DNA of 44,329 nucleotides. It comes from a virus. Taxonomy: Duplodnaviria; Caudoviricetes. Location of the stretch: positions 1 through 44,329 of the IMG/VR virus record IMGVR_UViG_3300012267_000007; one strand, given 5' to 3'. The position numbers were made by a program, and so were the translations under genes. Numbering within the stretch: position 1 is the stretch's first letter; every line of letters starts with the position of its first letter. Under the pieces are notes generated by a model. The model saw only the letters and a program-made list of their open reading frames with translations, had not been told where the DNA came from and made no database searches. This document shows positions 25,194 to 34,858 of the stretch, piece after piece.

Positions 25194-26293
25194 AAATAAT
25201 CTTCCTCTCTACTATTTTCGTCCAATACTATTGTATGTATGCCGTTATTTTTTTGACTTGGGAAACTTGTAGTGAAATGTTTATCACTATCTTCTTCGCC
25301 CTCTATGACTCGTTCTACATAAAAATGAATCTTTCTCATAAATTCATTGCCAATGGGTTTGGTTATACCCAATACGACATTTAGATTGAAGTAATTTATC
25401 ACATCAATATTCGCTGATGGCGTTCCATCCAAAAAGATGAATTTATCTGATAAATCAAATCTTGAATATTGTTCAGACTTCAACCGGATATTTTCTATTT
25501 TTTTTCTGGTTTTTTGAGTTGCACCATGAATAAAAATAACATCGAAAAATGGTTCCCAGTTAAATATATTTTGTATAAGAAATGGGTATTTGCTAACATT
25601 TAAAAATAAACCTTTGGTGTATTTTTTCATGGGTTTATTCCAATAACCGTGTGAAAACCCCCATTTTCTTATAAAATCGGCTTGAGATTTACGTTCAATC
25701 TCTGCATAATTACCCAAACGGGATGTTTTACTCACAAAATGATATACCATTGCCGGACTTACCATTTTCTCAAAACCCAATATAGCATATCTCATGTGCA
25801 TATCGCTATCTTCACAGAATTTTTCGAAAAAATCACCATCCAATCCGATATAATCTTCCTTATAACAACCAAAAAACATCAAATTGCCACCCTTTTGTAA
25901 TTTATCCGGTATAGAATATTCATCAAATTTTTGTCGATCAAAATTTGAAATATCATTGCCACAGTCTAATAATTTTTTACCAATAGCTGGATCTTTATAT
26001 ATAGGTGGCTCTACACGGGTATAGGTTGTTATTCTACCCTTTTTAATGTCACGTACTACTTTATCAACAAAATCATTAGCCAGTGCCACATCATTATGTA
26101 ATAATATAATGACCTCACCCTTAGCCTTCCCCACAGCATTGTTATAATTGATGCCCAATGTGACATCATCATTGATCTCCAATACCAATTCTAACTCATG
26201 TGATGTTAATTTTTGTATACGTTCAAACTCCCGAACTATATGTTTATTATAATCGGGAGTTTGAGATGTCGATGCAACTACTAAAGATACCAT
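25184..26293 (-). CDS. GT2 family glycosyltransferase
   Basis: YNNAV, LLHND, FCEDSD, VYHFVSKTSR, F.RKWG. Confidence 0.88.
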   Translation of the reverse strand: MVSLVVASTSQTPDYNKHIVREFERIQKLTSHELELVLEINDDVTLGINYNNAVGKAKGEVIILLHNDVALANDFVDKVVRDIKKGRITTYTRVEPPIYKDPAIGKKLLDCGNDISNFDRQKFDEYSIPDKLQKGGNLMFFGCYKEDYIGLDGDFFEKFCEDSDMHMRYAILGFEKMVSPAMVYHFVSKTSRLGNYAEIERKSQADFIRKWGFSHGYWNKPMKKYTKGLFLNVSKYPFLIQNIFNWEPFFDVIFIHGATQKTRKKIENIRLKSEQYSRFDLSDKFIFLDGTPSANIDVINYFNLNVVLGITKPIGNEFMRKIHFYVERVIEGEEDSDKHFTTSFPSQKNNGIHTIVLDENSREEDYLWI

Positions 26294-26976
26294 TACAAAT
26301 TATTATATAGTTCATTTTGTTTTTTCTGTTTTTCAAACGTTTTTAAGTGAATCAAACGAAGTTCCTGTTTGTCCGTGTAAGCTACGTTATTAACTCCTTC
26401 CACCCGTTCATGTACCTTACCCTTCCACATCTCGTCTCTGAGTAATTTATACACTCTACCTTGGTAATCTGGGTAATTAACCAGACCATCTTTGTCCAAT
26501 ACCCATCCCATTTTCTTGATATATTCATCTGTAATTCCATCTACAATATTTTCACGTGCAAGAAATATTAAATCTACATCATTATCCCCTAAAACGGGAA
26601 TTAATTCGTACGTAAAATCCGAATCTATATCTTCATCAGCATCTATCTGTACAACATATTCACCTTTTGTAATAGATTTATGAACCTCATTTTTGAAATC
26701 AGCAAAATTACCTTTAAATTCAACTGGTTCAATATATATTTTAGAAAATAATGTTTCAAATTCCTTCTCATCGTCTCCACTAATATCATAACATGTATCT
26801 TCGATATAACTGACCATCTCATCATAAAATTCAGAGTTCGGTTTAATTTTCGAAGAATCCATTACAATATATAAAGAAGATATATCATCAATATTTTCAG
26901 CCATTTGGTATACCAATTCATATACCAATTCAAACGTATGTTCTTCTCCACATGTAGTAACTACATAATTAAGCAT
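26293..26976 (-). CDS. GT2 family glycosyltransferase (SPINDLY/WaaE-like)
   Basis: FADFKN, QIDADE, YPDYQGR, WKGKVHE. Confidence 0.88.
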   Translation of the reverse strand: MLNYVVTTCGEEHTFELVYELVYQMAENIDDISSLYIVMDSSKIKPNSEFYDEMVSYIEDTCYDISGDDEKEFETLFSKIYIEPVEFKGNFADFKNEVHKSITKGEYVVQIDADEDIDSDFTYELIPVLGDNDVDLIFLARENIVDGITDEYIKKMGWVLDKDGLVNYPDYQGRVYKLLRDEMWKGKVHERVEGVNNVAYTDKQELRLIHLKTFEKQKKQNELYNNL

Positions 26977-27434
26977 TACTTAGCCCCCGTAGATCCAAAT
27001 CCACCTTCACCCCTAACAGTTGAATTAATCATATCAACTTCTTTATGATCAACTTCAAAACGAAAACCATAAACAGCTTGTGCGATTTTATCACCCCGTT
27101 CAATAACTAAATCTGAACCCGAATCATTTTTAATAAGTACTTTAACTTCACCTCTATAATCCGAATCAATAGTAGCTGGTGAATTGGCAATTAAAATATT
27201 ACGGCTACCAAAACTCGAACGTGGACGTAAATCCATTTTAACATTATTCGGCAATTCAAATGCTAATCCGGTTTCTACCTTCGCTACCTGACCCGTAGCT
27301 ATTTTAATAGATTTGGATGCAAATAAATCATACCCAACCGAACCAGATGTTCCCTGCACTGGTTGTTTAGCATGTTCTGATAATTTTTTATATTTGACTG
27401 TTCCCAAATTGGGAACATTAGTTGTTAGTTCCAT
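26976..27434 (-). CDS. dut: trimeric dUTPase
   Basis: GYDL, RPRSS, TIDSDYRGE, GDKIAQ, RGEGGFGSTG. Confidence 0.95.
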   Translation of the reverse strand: MELTTNVPNLGTVKYKKLSEHAKQPVQGTSGSVGYDLFASKSIKIATGQVAKVETGLAFELPNNVKMDLRPRSSFGSRNILIANSPATIDSDYRGEVKVLIKNDSGSDLVIERGDKIAQAVYGFRFEVDHKEVDMINSTVRGEGGFGSTGAK

Positions 27435-28735
27435 TATTTCTTTCTTGGAATTTTAAGTTTTGGTTTTTTATTTGTTGGTGTGTTTAGACTTACCATTTTG
27501 GTATAATTATCTGCGATGTATTCTTTAATCTGTGTTTTAATAGATTCTATAGAATAATCAGATTTTAATTCATCAATGTCTTTCTGTACTTCCTCTTCAT
27601 TCAGGGGATCCTCATTACTTCTATGTAATGATTTTAATATACCCATAATTTCTTCTTTCTGTATCTCATACCATTTACTTTGTGGGATGAGTATTTTGCC
27701 CATAGAAGCTGATGGTGGAATTTGTTGGAATGTACCATTAAGAAACGTAGATATGCTCTCAGGGACGAAATCTCGAAACGCACCGACCTCTGGTATTACT
27801 AATCTATTACCAGATAGAGATGCCTCTAAAATCATTCTACCAAATCCTTCTCCACGTGTGGGGTAAATATTTGCCAAATTGTTTTCATGTTTCATTAATG
27901 CAAAAATGACATTGGAGGATAAATGTCCATTAATCAATAATACTTCAGCTTTGTTATCATAATCCTCTTGGGATTTAGAATTAGCCAGTTTAATATCATT
28001 AAATACAGATTTATATTCTTGGACACTAATTTCAGAATCATCCACTGAGTTAATTTTCAATACCAATTTAACATTGTCTTTCTTGTCAAACATCTTCCAA
28101 AAAGCAGAAAGTAGTGGTTGTATTCCCTTTCTATCAGCATCCAAAAGCATTTTCTCCGGTATTACTTGACCAGAAGTAAAGAAAAATTTCGAATCACCCA
28201 AACCATCTTCAATTTTGGATAGTTCTTTTGTTTCATTAACACCTAATTTATTAAAAACATTGGGATTATAACTTTCCGGTATTACATGTATTTCCTGATG
28301 CAGTTTTATTTCTCTCTTCTGCCCATCTTTTTCTGCTACATATGAAGTATTCATCATAACATCCTTGACAAAATTAGATGGTACAACTATTTTCAAATTA
28401 TCAACACTATTTAACCCCTGAATCCATTCTGGTGAAATAATGTTAGTCTCTACCCCCGAAGTAAATAATATATTTCTAACTCCGTGTGGTTTAAAATCAT
28501 CCGGTATACCTACATGAATATGAAGATCCGGTTGACGGGTAAGATTTGATGCTTCCTGAATATTCCTTAAATCTTTATTTTCAGGTTTATCCAGTTCATC
28601 ATTGGGATTACTTCCCCAAACCGTGGGAGCAACGTATAACTGATCGTGATATTCTTCGTTTAACGCTTTAAGAATTTCTCTGGATTTAAATCCGTACCCA
28701 GATTGAGATTTATATGGTGCTGTAAATAATATCAT
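27434..28735 (-). CDS. GT-B (GT4-like) glycosyltransferase
   Basis: AP..SQSGYG..SR, VPSNF, DRKG, PTRGEGFG..ILEA. Confidence 0.88.
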   Translation of the reverse strand: MILFTAPYKSQSGYGFKSREILKALNEEYHDQLYVAPTVWGSNPNDELDKPENKDLRNIQEASNLTRQPDLHIHVGIPDDFKPHGVRNILFTSGVETNIISPEWIQGLNSVDNLKIVVPSNFVKDVMMNTSYVAEKDGQKREIKLHQEIHVIPESYNPNVFNKLGVNETKELSKIEDGLGDSKFFFTSGQVIPEKMLLDADRKGIQPLLSAFWKMFDKKDNVKLVLKINSVDDSEISVQEYKSVFNDIKLANSKSQEDYDNKAEVLLINGHLSSNVIFALMKHENNLANIYPTRGEGFGRMILEASLSGNRLVIPEVGAFRDFVPESISTFLNGTFQQIPPSASMGKILIPQSKWYEIQKEEIMGILKSLHRSNEDPLNEEEVQKDIDELKSDYSIESIKTQIKEYIADNYTKMVSLNTPTNKKPKLKIPRKK

Positions 28736-29092
28736 TTATTCTGTATATTTTAAAAATTGTCCTTCTTTTAATTTCCCATATTCACGATTATTGATTTCTA
28801 TGTATTGATCATTTACTTTTGTGATTACTTGTAAGTCATTTCCATGATATGACGTAAAAACGAAATCCCCCGATTTTACGTCATCAAGTTTAGATGACGG
28901 ATTTAAGAACCACTCAAGAAATTCAAATGTATAATCAGTATTCCACTCATCGAATCGTTTAGCCGGATTAGTAGCTTTTTCCTTTTTTGTCTTCCTACCC
29001 AATGCTTTATTCATATAACTGCGTTCTACAAACTTCATATTGTTCATAGAATATTCGATGTCTTTATTTTTAACTCGTGTCCGATTAAACAT
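28736..29092 (-). CDS. hypothetical protein
   Basis: 118 aa ORF. Confidence 0.65.
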   Translation of the reverse strand: MFNRTRVKNKDIEYSMNNMKFVERSYMNKALGRKTKKEKATNPAKRFDEWNTDYTFEFLEWFLNPSSKLDDVKSGDFVFTSYHGNDLQVITKVNDQYIEINNREYGKLKEGQFLKYTE

Positions 29093-30491
29093 GTATAACT
29101 CTCACTTTTTCTTTAGGTTTAAAATTTCTAACCACTATATTAATATGGTTACTCAATTTTGTTGTCATGTGTTCTATTTCCATATCATTCTTCAATAAAT
29201 ATTCCCTGCCATGAGTAGATGCGTTCTTTTTTAACTCTTCAAATCTATCGTAAGCTTCCATTAGTGCAACAATCCACGAATAAATAGATACTGAATCTTC
29301 AAAGATATAGGGGGTTTGTGGTGCACCTATAAATGATGTGCCTGTTGGATATACTGGAATACTCCACTCTTTCCCCTTATATTCATCTGTATATCCTAAT
29401 TCAGTCTCATCATAATCGGGTACTTGTGTATTTAAATTTCTCGAAAATTCAGAAAGTTCGGAAAACTGTTCTTTATATGGAAATTGATCCTGAATTCCGC
29501 CAGTCATTGTATGAATAACACCCAAACCAGCACTTACAGCTTCAGCAACGGGCAATCCAAACCCCTCAGCATCGGAAGTATTAATAAAAATATCCCCAAA
29601 GTTGTATAATTCATTTAACTGTTCATCAGTAAGAGAGGAATTGGCAGTAATAATTATATTATCAGTCGATACTCCCAACTGTTGAGAGAAATCATCGATA
29701 CAGGCAATAAGATCTGTACCGGACTGACTTACCGGACTGGTATGCATAATCAATGCCGTATCTTTTTCAAAAGTAGGATTTTTTGAGCATACATACATAT
29801 AACTATAAATAATATCAGCCGGACGTTTTCGCCTCTGATTCTTCGCAACCCATAAAAACTTAGTTTTTTTGTTACGTAAAGCCTTAATCTTCATCTGATT
29901 CTTTCTATACTCAAATTCCGGCATAGCATTTTTGAATAATTTCTGTATATCCCTCATTTTAAAGGATTTCTGCAATGGTTTGAATGTTTCCATATCAACG
30001 CCATGTGGAATATAATCAACTACAGGATTATAATCAACCAGTGATTTAACCATCTCGGTAGTTTGTTTATTAATACAAGCCAACCCATCACAAGAATTAT
30101 AATATGCCTTATTATACAATGGCACCGGATAATTATCCCAAATATTGTAATAAATTATTGGTGCTGACTGTCGGATTTCATATTCCATTCTGAAATGTTG
30201 ATGGAAGTATCTGGGATCTGTCATCATGAATATAAAGTCTGGTTCTACCAATTTCATAACCTGTGATATTTCCATTCTATTACCATATCCTTCTTTTAGA
30301 GGATATATGGTACATATATCTTTATAATTGACTGCTTCTACATTATTTCGTTTAGAACCGCCACCCAATTGTGTCCATTCTATTTCTTCATGTGTATTAG
30401 ATACCAAACTATGTAACATTCGAGCCACACCCGTTTTAAATCTAATATCATCACCAAATAGTAAACCTTTAAGTTTTTTCTTATTACTCAT
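29085..30491 (-). CDS. GT-B (GT4-like) glycosyltransferase
   Basis: DDIR..TGVA, TDPRYF, YYNIWD, YIPHG, NQRRK, EGFGL..AEA, TGG.QDQ. Confidence 0.9.
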   Translation of the reverse strand: MSNKKKLKGLLFGDDIRFKTGVARMLHSLVSNTHEEIEWTQLGGGSKRNNVEAVNYKDICTIYPLKEGYGNRMEISQVMKLVEPDFIFMMTDPRYFHQHFRMEYEIRQSAPIIYYNIWDNYPVPLYNKAYYNSCDGLACINKQTTEMVKSLVDYNPVVDYIPHGVDMETFKPLQKSFKMRDIQKLFKNAMPEFEYRKNQMKIKALRNKKTKFLWVAKNQRRKRPADIIYSYMYVCSKNPTFEKDTALIMHTSPVSQSGTDLIACIDDFSQQLGVSTDNIIITANSSLTDEQLNELYNFGDIFINTSDAEGFGLPVAEAVSAGLGVIHTMTGGIQDQFPYKEQFSELSEFSRNLNTQVPDYDETELGYTDEYKGKEWSIPVYPTGTSFIGAPQTPYIFEDSVSIYSWIVALMEAYDRFEELKKNASTHGREYLLKNDMEIEHMTTKLSNHINIVVRNFKPKEKVRVIHV

Positions 30492-31158
30492 AATCGTATT
30501 TATTGTCGTCTAAAACGTGATCAAAATATTTTTGGAATCCCTGTTGAATATCAATAACATTTTTTTTGTGTAATTGTTTGTCCATCTGAGTATTACACCG
30601 ATTATAAAAAGTAGAATATTCTCCAACTAAATCTAAAAACATTGTCATGTCTGTTTCCATATTCATTATTTTCTCATACAAATTAACATCCTTCAGCATT
30701 TTCTGTTCATTAATTTTTTCGACTACTTCAGCATCATCAAAATCAACATCGTCGACCCTAACAATATCATGACCGTCAATTTCAAGTATCTTTTCACGAA
30801 TATAATCAAATGGTTCTTCTTCTAAACTATTGAATTGATCCACACCAAATAATATTTGACTTCTTTTCTTATTTTTTTCTAATTCATCAGCCAAATATGC
30901 ATAATAATCCATCAATTTTTCAATATTTACCCCCTCACCATTTTTATATCCATCAATTTCAATATTAAAAATTAATATTGTATCTTCAGAATAGATAGTA
31001 TCATCTTCTTTGAAGAATTGCATTGGGTTACTAATATCTACTACATTGTTTACTTCTACTACATCTAATATTTCAAATGTTTCATGAAGCCTGTCAATAA
31101 TCGCATCATTGATATTTTTATACCCTATAACAAATGTTACTCTTAGTTCTTTACTCAT
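30484..31158 (-). CDS. hypothetical protein
   Basis: 224 aa acidic ORF. Confidence 0.7.
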   Translation of the reverse strand: MSKELRVTFVIGYKNINDAIIDRLHETFEILDVVEVNNVVDISNPMQFFKEDDTIYSEDTILIFNIEIDGYKNGEGVNIEKLMDYYAYLADELEKNKKRSQILFGVDQFNSLEEEPFDYIREKILEIDGHDIVRVDDVDFDDAEVVEKINEQKMLKDVNLYEKIMNMETDMTMFLDLVGEYSTFYNRCNTQMDKQLHKKNVIDIQQGFQKYFDHVLDDNKYDYE

Positions 31159-31571
31159 AATATTTTTTTTATATTTTTTTCAGTCCAGCCCATTTCAAAT
31201 AATATTTTTTTGATCTGTTCTATTTTTAAAACAGATAAATATGTTTGGGCTTCTTTCGGTGTAATTTCAAAATAATTTTTGACAGTTTTAATAACATCCG
31301 GATACTGTTTAATTACCGGATTTCTGTCATATTTAACGTTCACCCTACCCGAATGGGAAAACAAAATATTAAATATTTTTAGTAAATTTGAATCGGGTAT
31401 ATTTTGTAAATACTTATTAATTTCATTTGCTTCTGCCGTGTGTTCTGAGTCGAATGACATTATTCGATTTATCATAAAGGACGAAAAACCCTTTTTAGAT
31501 TTTTCATCTAAATTTTCGTATGAAAGTTTCCCATCCCCTATGATTGAAAAGACGAAATCGTATGCATTCAT
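31155..31571 (-). CDS. clamp loader small subunit (T4 gp62-like)
   Basis: FS.FMINR.MS, ANEIN, YF......A..YL..L; near the large subunit; ends in TGA overlapping the next ATG. Confidence 0.75.
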   Translation of the reverse strand: MNAYDFVFSIIGDGKLSYENLDEKSKKGFSSFMINRIMSFDSEHTAEANEINKYLQNIPDSNLLKIFNILFSHSGRVNVKYDRNPVIKQYPDVIKTVKNYFEITPKEAQTYLSVLKIEQIKKILFEMGWTEKNIKKIL

Positions 31572-31577
31572 TTCATT

Positions 31578-32054
31578 TTAGTAATCAGTTGGAACTTCAG
31601 TTCTAAACAGATCTGGCTGTTCATCTCCTTTGTGATATACAGTTCCATACTTACTTACAAATTCTTTTTTACGATGCCATCCCCGTGGGTAAGCATCAGC
31701 GTCTTCTTCATCAGTGTAAACACCGGAAGAATCAGATTTCTCAGTAGATTCAGATGTATTTGTAACTTCCGGTTCTACTGCTTCAGTATTATTTTCTTCT
31801 TTTACCACTTCATCGGGTTCTTCAGATTGTACTAATTCTGTTTCACCGCCCAATTCTTCTAATACTTCGTCCACTGGTGACTTTTGAGACTTAACAGCGC
31901 CAATGAAATGTTTAGTTACCGGAAATCCACGAGCCGCTTCTTCAGTTTTTCTGAAATTCTCAGCCGCTTCTTCTCCACCCTCAAATGTCCGGTGAAATGA
32001 ATGATTAGGTTTTCCGTTTGATGCATATACTCTGAATTCAAATTCTACAAGCAT
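31578..32054 (-). CDS. hypothetical protein
   Basis: Acidic linker and PRGWH...EFV...G.VYHKG.EQP C-terminal motif. Confidence 0.7.
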   Translation of the reverse strand: MLVEFEFRVYASNGKPNHSFHRTFEGGEEAAENFRKTEEAARGFPVTKHFIGAVKSQKSPVDEVLEELGGETELVQSEEPDEVVKEENNTEAVEPEVTNTSESTEKSDSSGVYTDEEDADAYPRGWHRKKEFVSKYGTVYHKGDEQPDLFRTEVPTDY

Positions 32055-32059
32055 GGTTT

Positions 32060-32338
32060 TTATGATTTAGTTGATGTTTTTGTTGATTTAGATTTAGTTG
32101 GTGTACTCTTTTTGGTAGAAGTACTTTTTTTAGACGTTGATGTTTTTTTCTTGGTCGGGGGAGAAGTATCATACATTTTCAATACTACATATTCGTGTTT
32201 AGCCCCCGTGGTAAATTCCAATTCTTTCATCAAATCATCAAAATAATTGAAGATATCTTCTTGCTCTTTTCGACGTAATTCTTGAATGTCACCATTACTG
32301 AATCCTTTTCGTCTAACTTTGACTTTCGCTGATACCAT
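32060..32338 (-). CDS. hypothetical protein with Lys/Ser/Thr-rich tail
   Basis: 92 aa, KKTSTSKKSTSTKKSTPTKSKSTKTSTKS. Confidence 0.65.
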   Translation of the reverse strand: MVSAKVKVRRKGFSNGDIQELRRKEQEDIFNYFDDLMKELEFTTGAKHEYVVLKMYDTSPPTKKKTSTSKKSTSTKKSTPTKSKSTKTSTKS

Positions 32339-33263
32339 AATATGGTTGTTCTATAATATTTAAAAGTAATGTTGCTAAATTAACCTGTTTGTCCACAACC
32401 GTTGAATTTTTGAACATATATTCGGAAATTTTAAAATTAAAAAGAATATAATTCATATCATCAGATGTTATTTCATTGACATGATCAAAAAGATATGCAA
32501 AAGAAGCATCTATCTCGTTATCACTCATGTCATTTACGATTGCTCTGACCTTGTTATAAATAACTATAACATCTTTTTTATTTTTACAGGATTTTATTAG
32601 ATCAATTATTGCATCATATTTCTGCTCAAATCCTTTTACTGTATTTTGTGTATATTTCCCGTCAAACATGTTATGATCAATATCCATAACCATCGATCTT
32701 ATATCAGGGAAATACGTTTTAACAATCTCAATAATTTGTGGTTTAGAAATAGATATTTGTTCAGCTTTACAGATTTTTGATATATGTATCGCAACCTTTT
32801 TAGGATCATCCGGTACAATTTTATACGGTTTACATCTACCTTTCAATTCCGGAATAATCTTATTAATATTATTCACGGACATTATAAAAGTAGTATCATC
32901 ACTATTTTCCTCAATCACATCTTTCAGTGATTTTTGAGCGTCCGGTGTTAACTGATCAGCTTCACGTAAATCGAATACCTTTCTCTTAGAAAATGCAACT
33001 CTTTGACAAAATGGTTTAATAATTTCGTCCACTACACCAATACCTCTTGTTTCTCTTTCAGAAGCATTTATATAGTCGTAATCTACGTCTAATTGATTAC
33101 GTATGACGTTAATAATACTTGATTTACCCGTTCCTGTATGTCCATATAAAATCATATTGGGGATATCACCCGTTTCAATAATTTTATTTAGTACGGGTTG
33201 AAAAGATTCAGAAACTACTAAATCTTCAAGTTTTTTCGGTCTGTATTTTTCTACAAGTATCAT
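32313..33263 (-). CDS. clamp loader large subunit (T4 gp44/RFC-like)
   Basis: VEKYRP, G.TGTGKS, INAS, EADQLT..AQ.SL, PDIR. Confidence 0.93.
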   Translation of the reverse strand: MILVEKYRPKKLEDLVVSESFQPVLNKIIETGDIPNMILYGHTGTGKSSIINVIRNQLDVDYDYINASERETRGIGVVDEIIKPFCQRVAFSKRKVFDLREADQLTPDAQKSLKDVIEENSDDTTFIMSVNNINKIIPELKGRCKPYKIVPDDPKKVAIHISKICKAEQISISKPQIIEIVKTYFPDIRSMVMDIDHNMFDGKYTQNTVKGFEQKYDAIIDLIKSCKNKKDVIVIYNKVRAIVNDMSDNEIDASFAYLFDHVNEITSDDMNYILFNFKISEYMFKNSTVVDKQVNLATLLLNIIEQPYYGISESQS

Positions 33264-33264
33264 T

Positions 33265-34848
33265 CTATTTTCCTAAAACTATATCGTCTAATCCTATTTC
33301 TTTGTCAAAAATATAACTGGCTACTTTAGATTCTTTGAAATCATATGATTTAGTATGATGCCAAAAATCTGGTTTAGCCAATGAAGGTACAACAATATCC
33401 ATTACTCCCTCACTATCAGAAATATCAAATTTGTGTTGATGTCCTGAAAGGTAATAATAGTTATTTATGCCAGAAGTGTCAATACCAAATTGAGATGGCT
33501 CTCTGAGCATTAATTTCGAAATAGTAGATGCACGTTTAGAATTTTTACTTAATGGTAATTCCTCACCATGTGTAATACCAAACAATGAACGACCATATCT
33601 GCTATATTTTCTCATATATTTGGAAACATCAACGTCAACATGAGAATCATTTCTATAACGTTGTTTTAAAGCTTCTCCCAATGAAATAGATAATAAATGG
33701 TCATGATTACCGGATATAGTGGGGAATGATGTTTCAATGCCCAAATCCACAATAATATCATTCATACGATATGATAATTCCATTCCGGATGTAAACATAT
33801 CAACCGTACTAATTCCCATATTATTTGTTTGTGGAGTACCCTTCGTAGTGGTTTGACCCATATTATCTACATGAAAAAAATCAGAACCAACCGGAACAAT
33901 TAATTTTTCAAGTTTGAATCGAGTAACTTTTGACATTAAATGTTCAAACGATGCCATACAATCCTCCACGAACTGATCAATATTCAAATATTTATCACGG
34001 TAATGTAATTTACCGACATGAATATCAAAAATAGGAATAATAGCACATTTTGGCTCTTCCATAATAAGAGGGGAAATATTTATGTCTTTTTTGACATACG
34101 TTCCCATTTTATCTTCTACCCTATCCATTAACGGCTTTACTACTGATTGTTCCAAATCATAGAACTTTTCAGCGTCTCGTTTAATTTCCTGATAAGACTG
34201 CTGTTCAACTTTTAGTTTTAAATTGGCACGACGACGTTGTAATACTTCATCCACCAATACTTCATCATCCGGTTCATTTTCTATATCAAAATCGAGCCAC
34301 GGATCCGAAGAATGTGTCCAACCCAAAAGAGTTTTCAATTCAGTAAATACGGGACGTATAATACCGAAGTCTAAACATATTTCGTTAATGGTACTTTTGG
34401 AACCATCCCAATCACTGTATCTCTGTTTTAATAGACGTAGATCCCGTTCAGAAATTTTAACGGGCTTAGGCATGGATTTCAAATAGAAAACATATGAATT
34501 ACTATCTTCTAAATAATGATATCGATCATTCGTTTCTGAAATTACTTTATCATTTTTCATATAGAATTTTTTTGATCTACGAAAAGTTGACGGGTACCTT
34601 TCCATAAAATAATCACTAATAAATGATTTATATTCACCTTCCCCAATTTTTCCTGATTCTACTGCTTCAGGATAATAATTATTGGCAATGCGATATAATC
34701 TTTTGCGTATAGCATTCCTGCTAATATCATCTATTTCCAGCCATTCAGAATGTAAATCATCCCATATTGTTACTTGGTTACCACCATTAACTAAAATACT
34801 TAAAGCTTCAGTAGTTAATCGTACAAGTTTTCTTAATTGTTCATCCAT
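33265..34848 (-). CDS. calcineurin-like metallophosphoesterase/nuclease with long N-terminal region
   Basis: DIHVG, GSDFFH, GNHD, THG, GHQH motifs; ATG start at MDEQLRK preferred. Confidence 0.85.
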   Translation of the reverse strand: MDEQLRKLVRLTTEALSILVNGGNQVTIWDDLHSEWLEIDDISRNAIRKRLYRIANNYYPEAVESGKIGEGEYKSFISDYFMERYPSTFRRSKKFYMKNDKVISETNDRYHYLEDSNSYVFYLKSMPKPVKISERDLRLLKQRYSDWDGSKSTINEICLDFGIIRPVFTELKTLLGWTHSSDPWLDFDIENEPDDEVLVDEVLQRRRANLKLKVEQQSYQEIKRDAEKFYDLEQSVVKPLMDRVEDKMGTYVKKDINISPLIMEEPKCAIIPIFDIHVGKLHYRDKYLNIDQFVEDCMASFEHLMSKVTRFKLEKLIVPVGSDFFHVDNMGQTTTKGTPQTNNMGISTVDMFTSGMELSYRMNDIIVDLGIETSFPTISGNHDHLLSISLGEALKQRYRNDSHVDVDVSKYMRKYSRYGRSLFGITHGEELPLSKNSKRASTISKLMLREPSQFGIDTSGINNYYYLSGHQHKFDISDSEGVMDIVVPSLAKPDFWHHTKSYDFKESKVASYIFDKEIGLDDIVLGK

Positions 34849-34858
34849 GTTAATTGTT

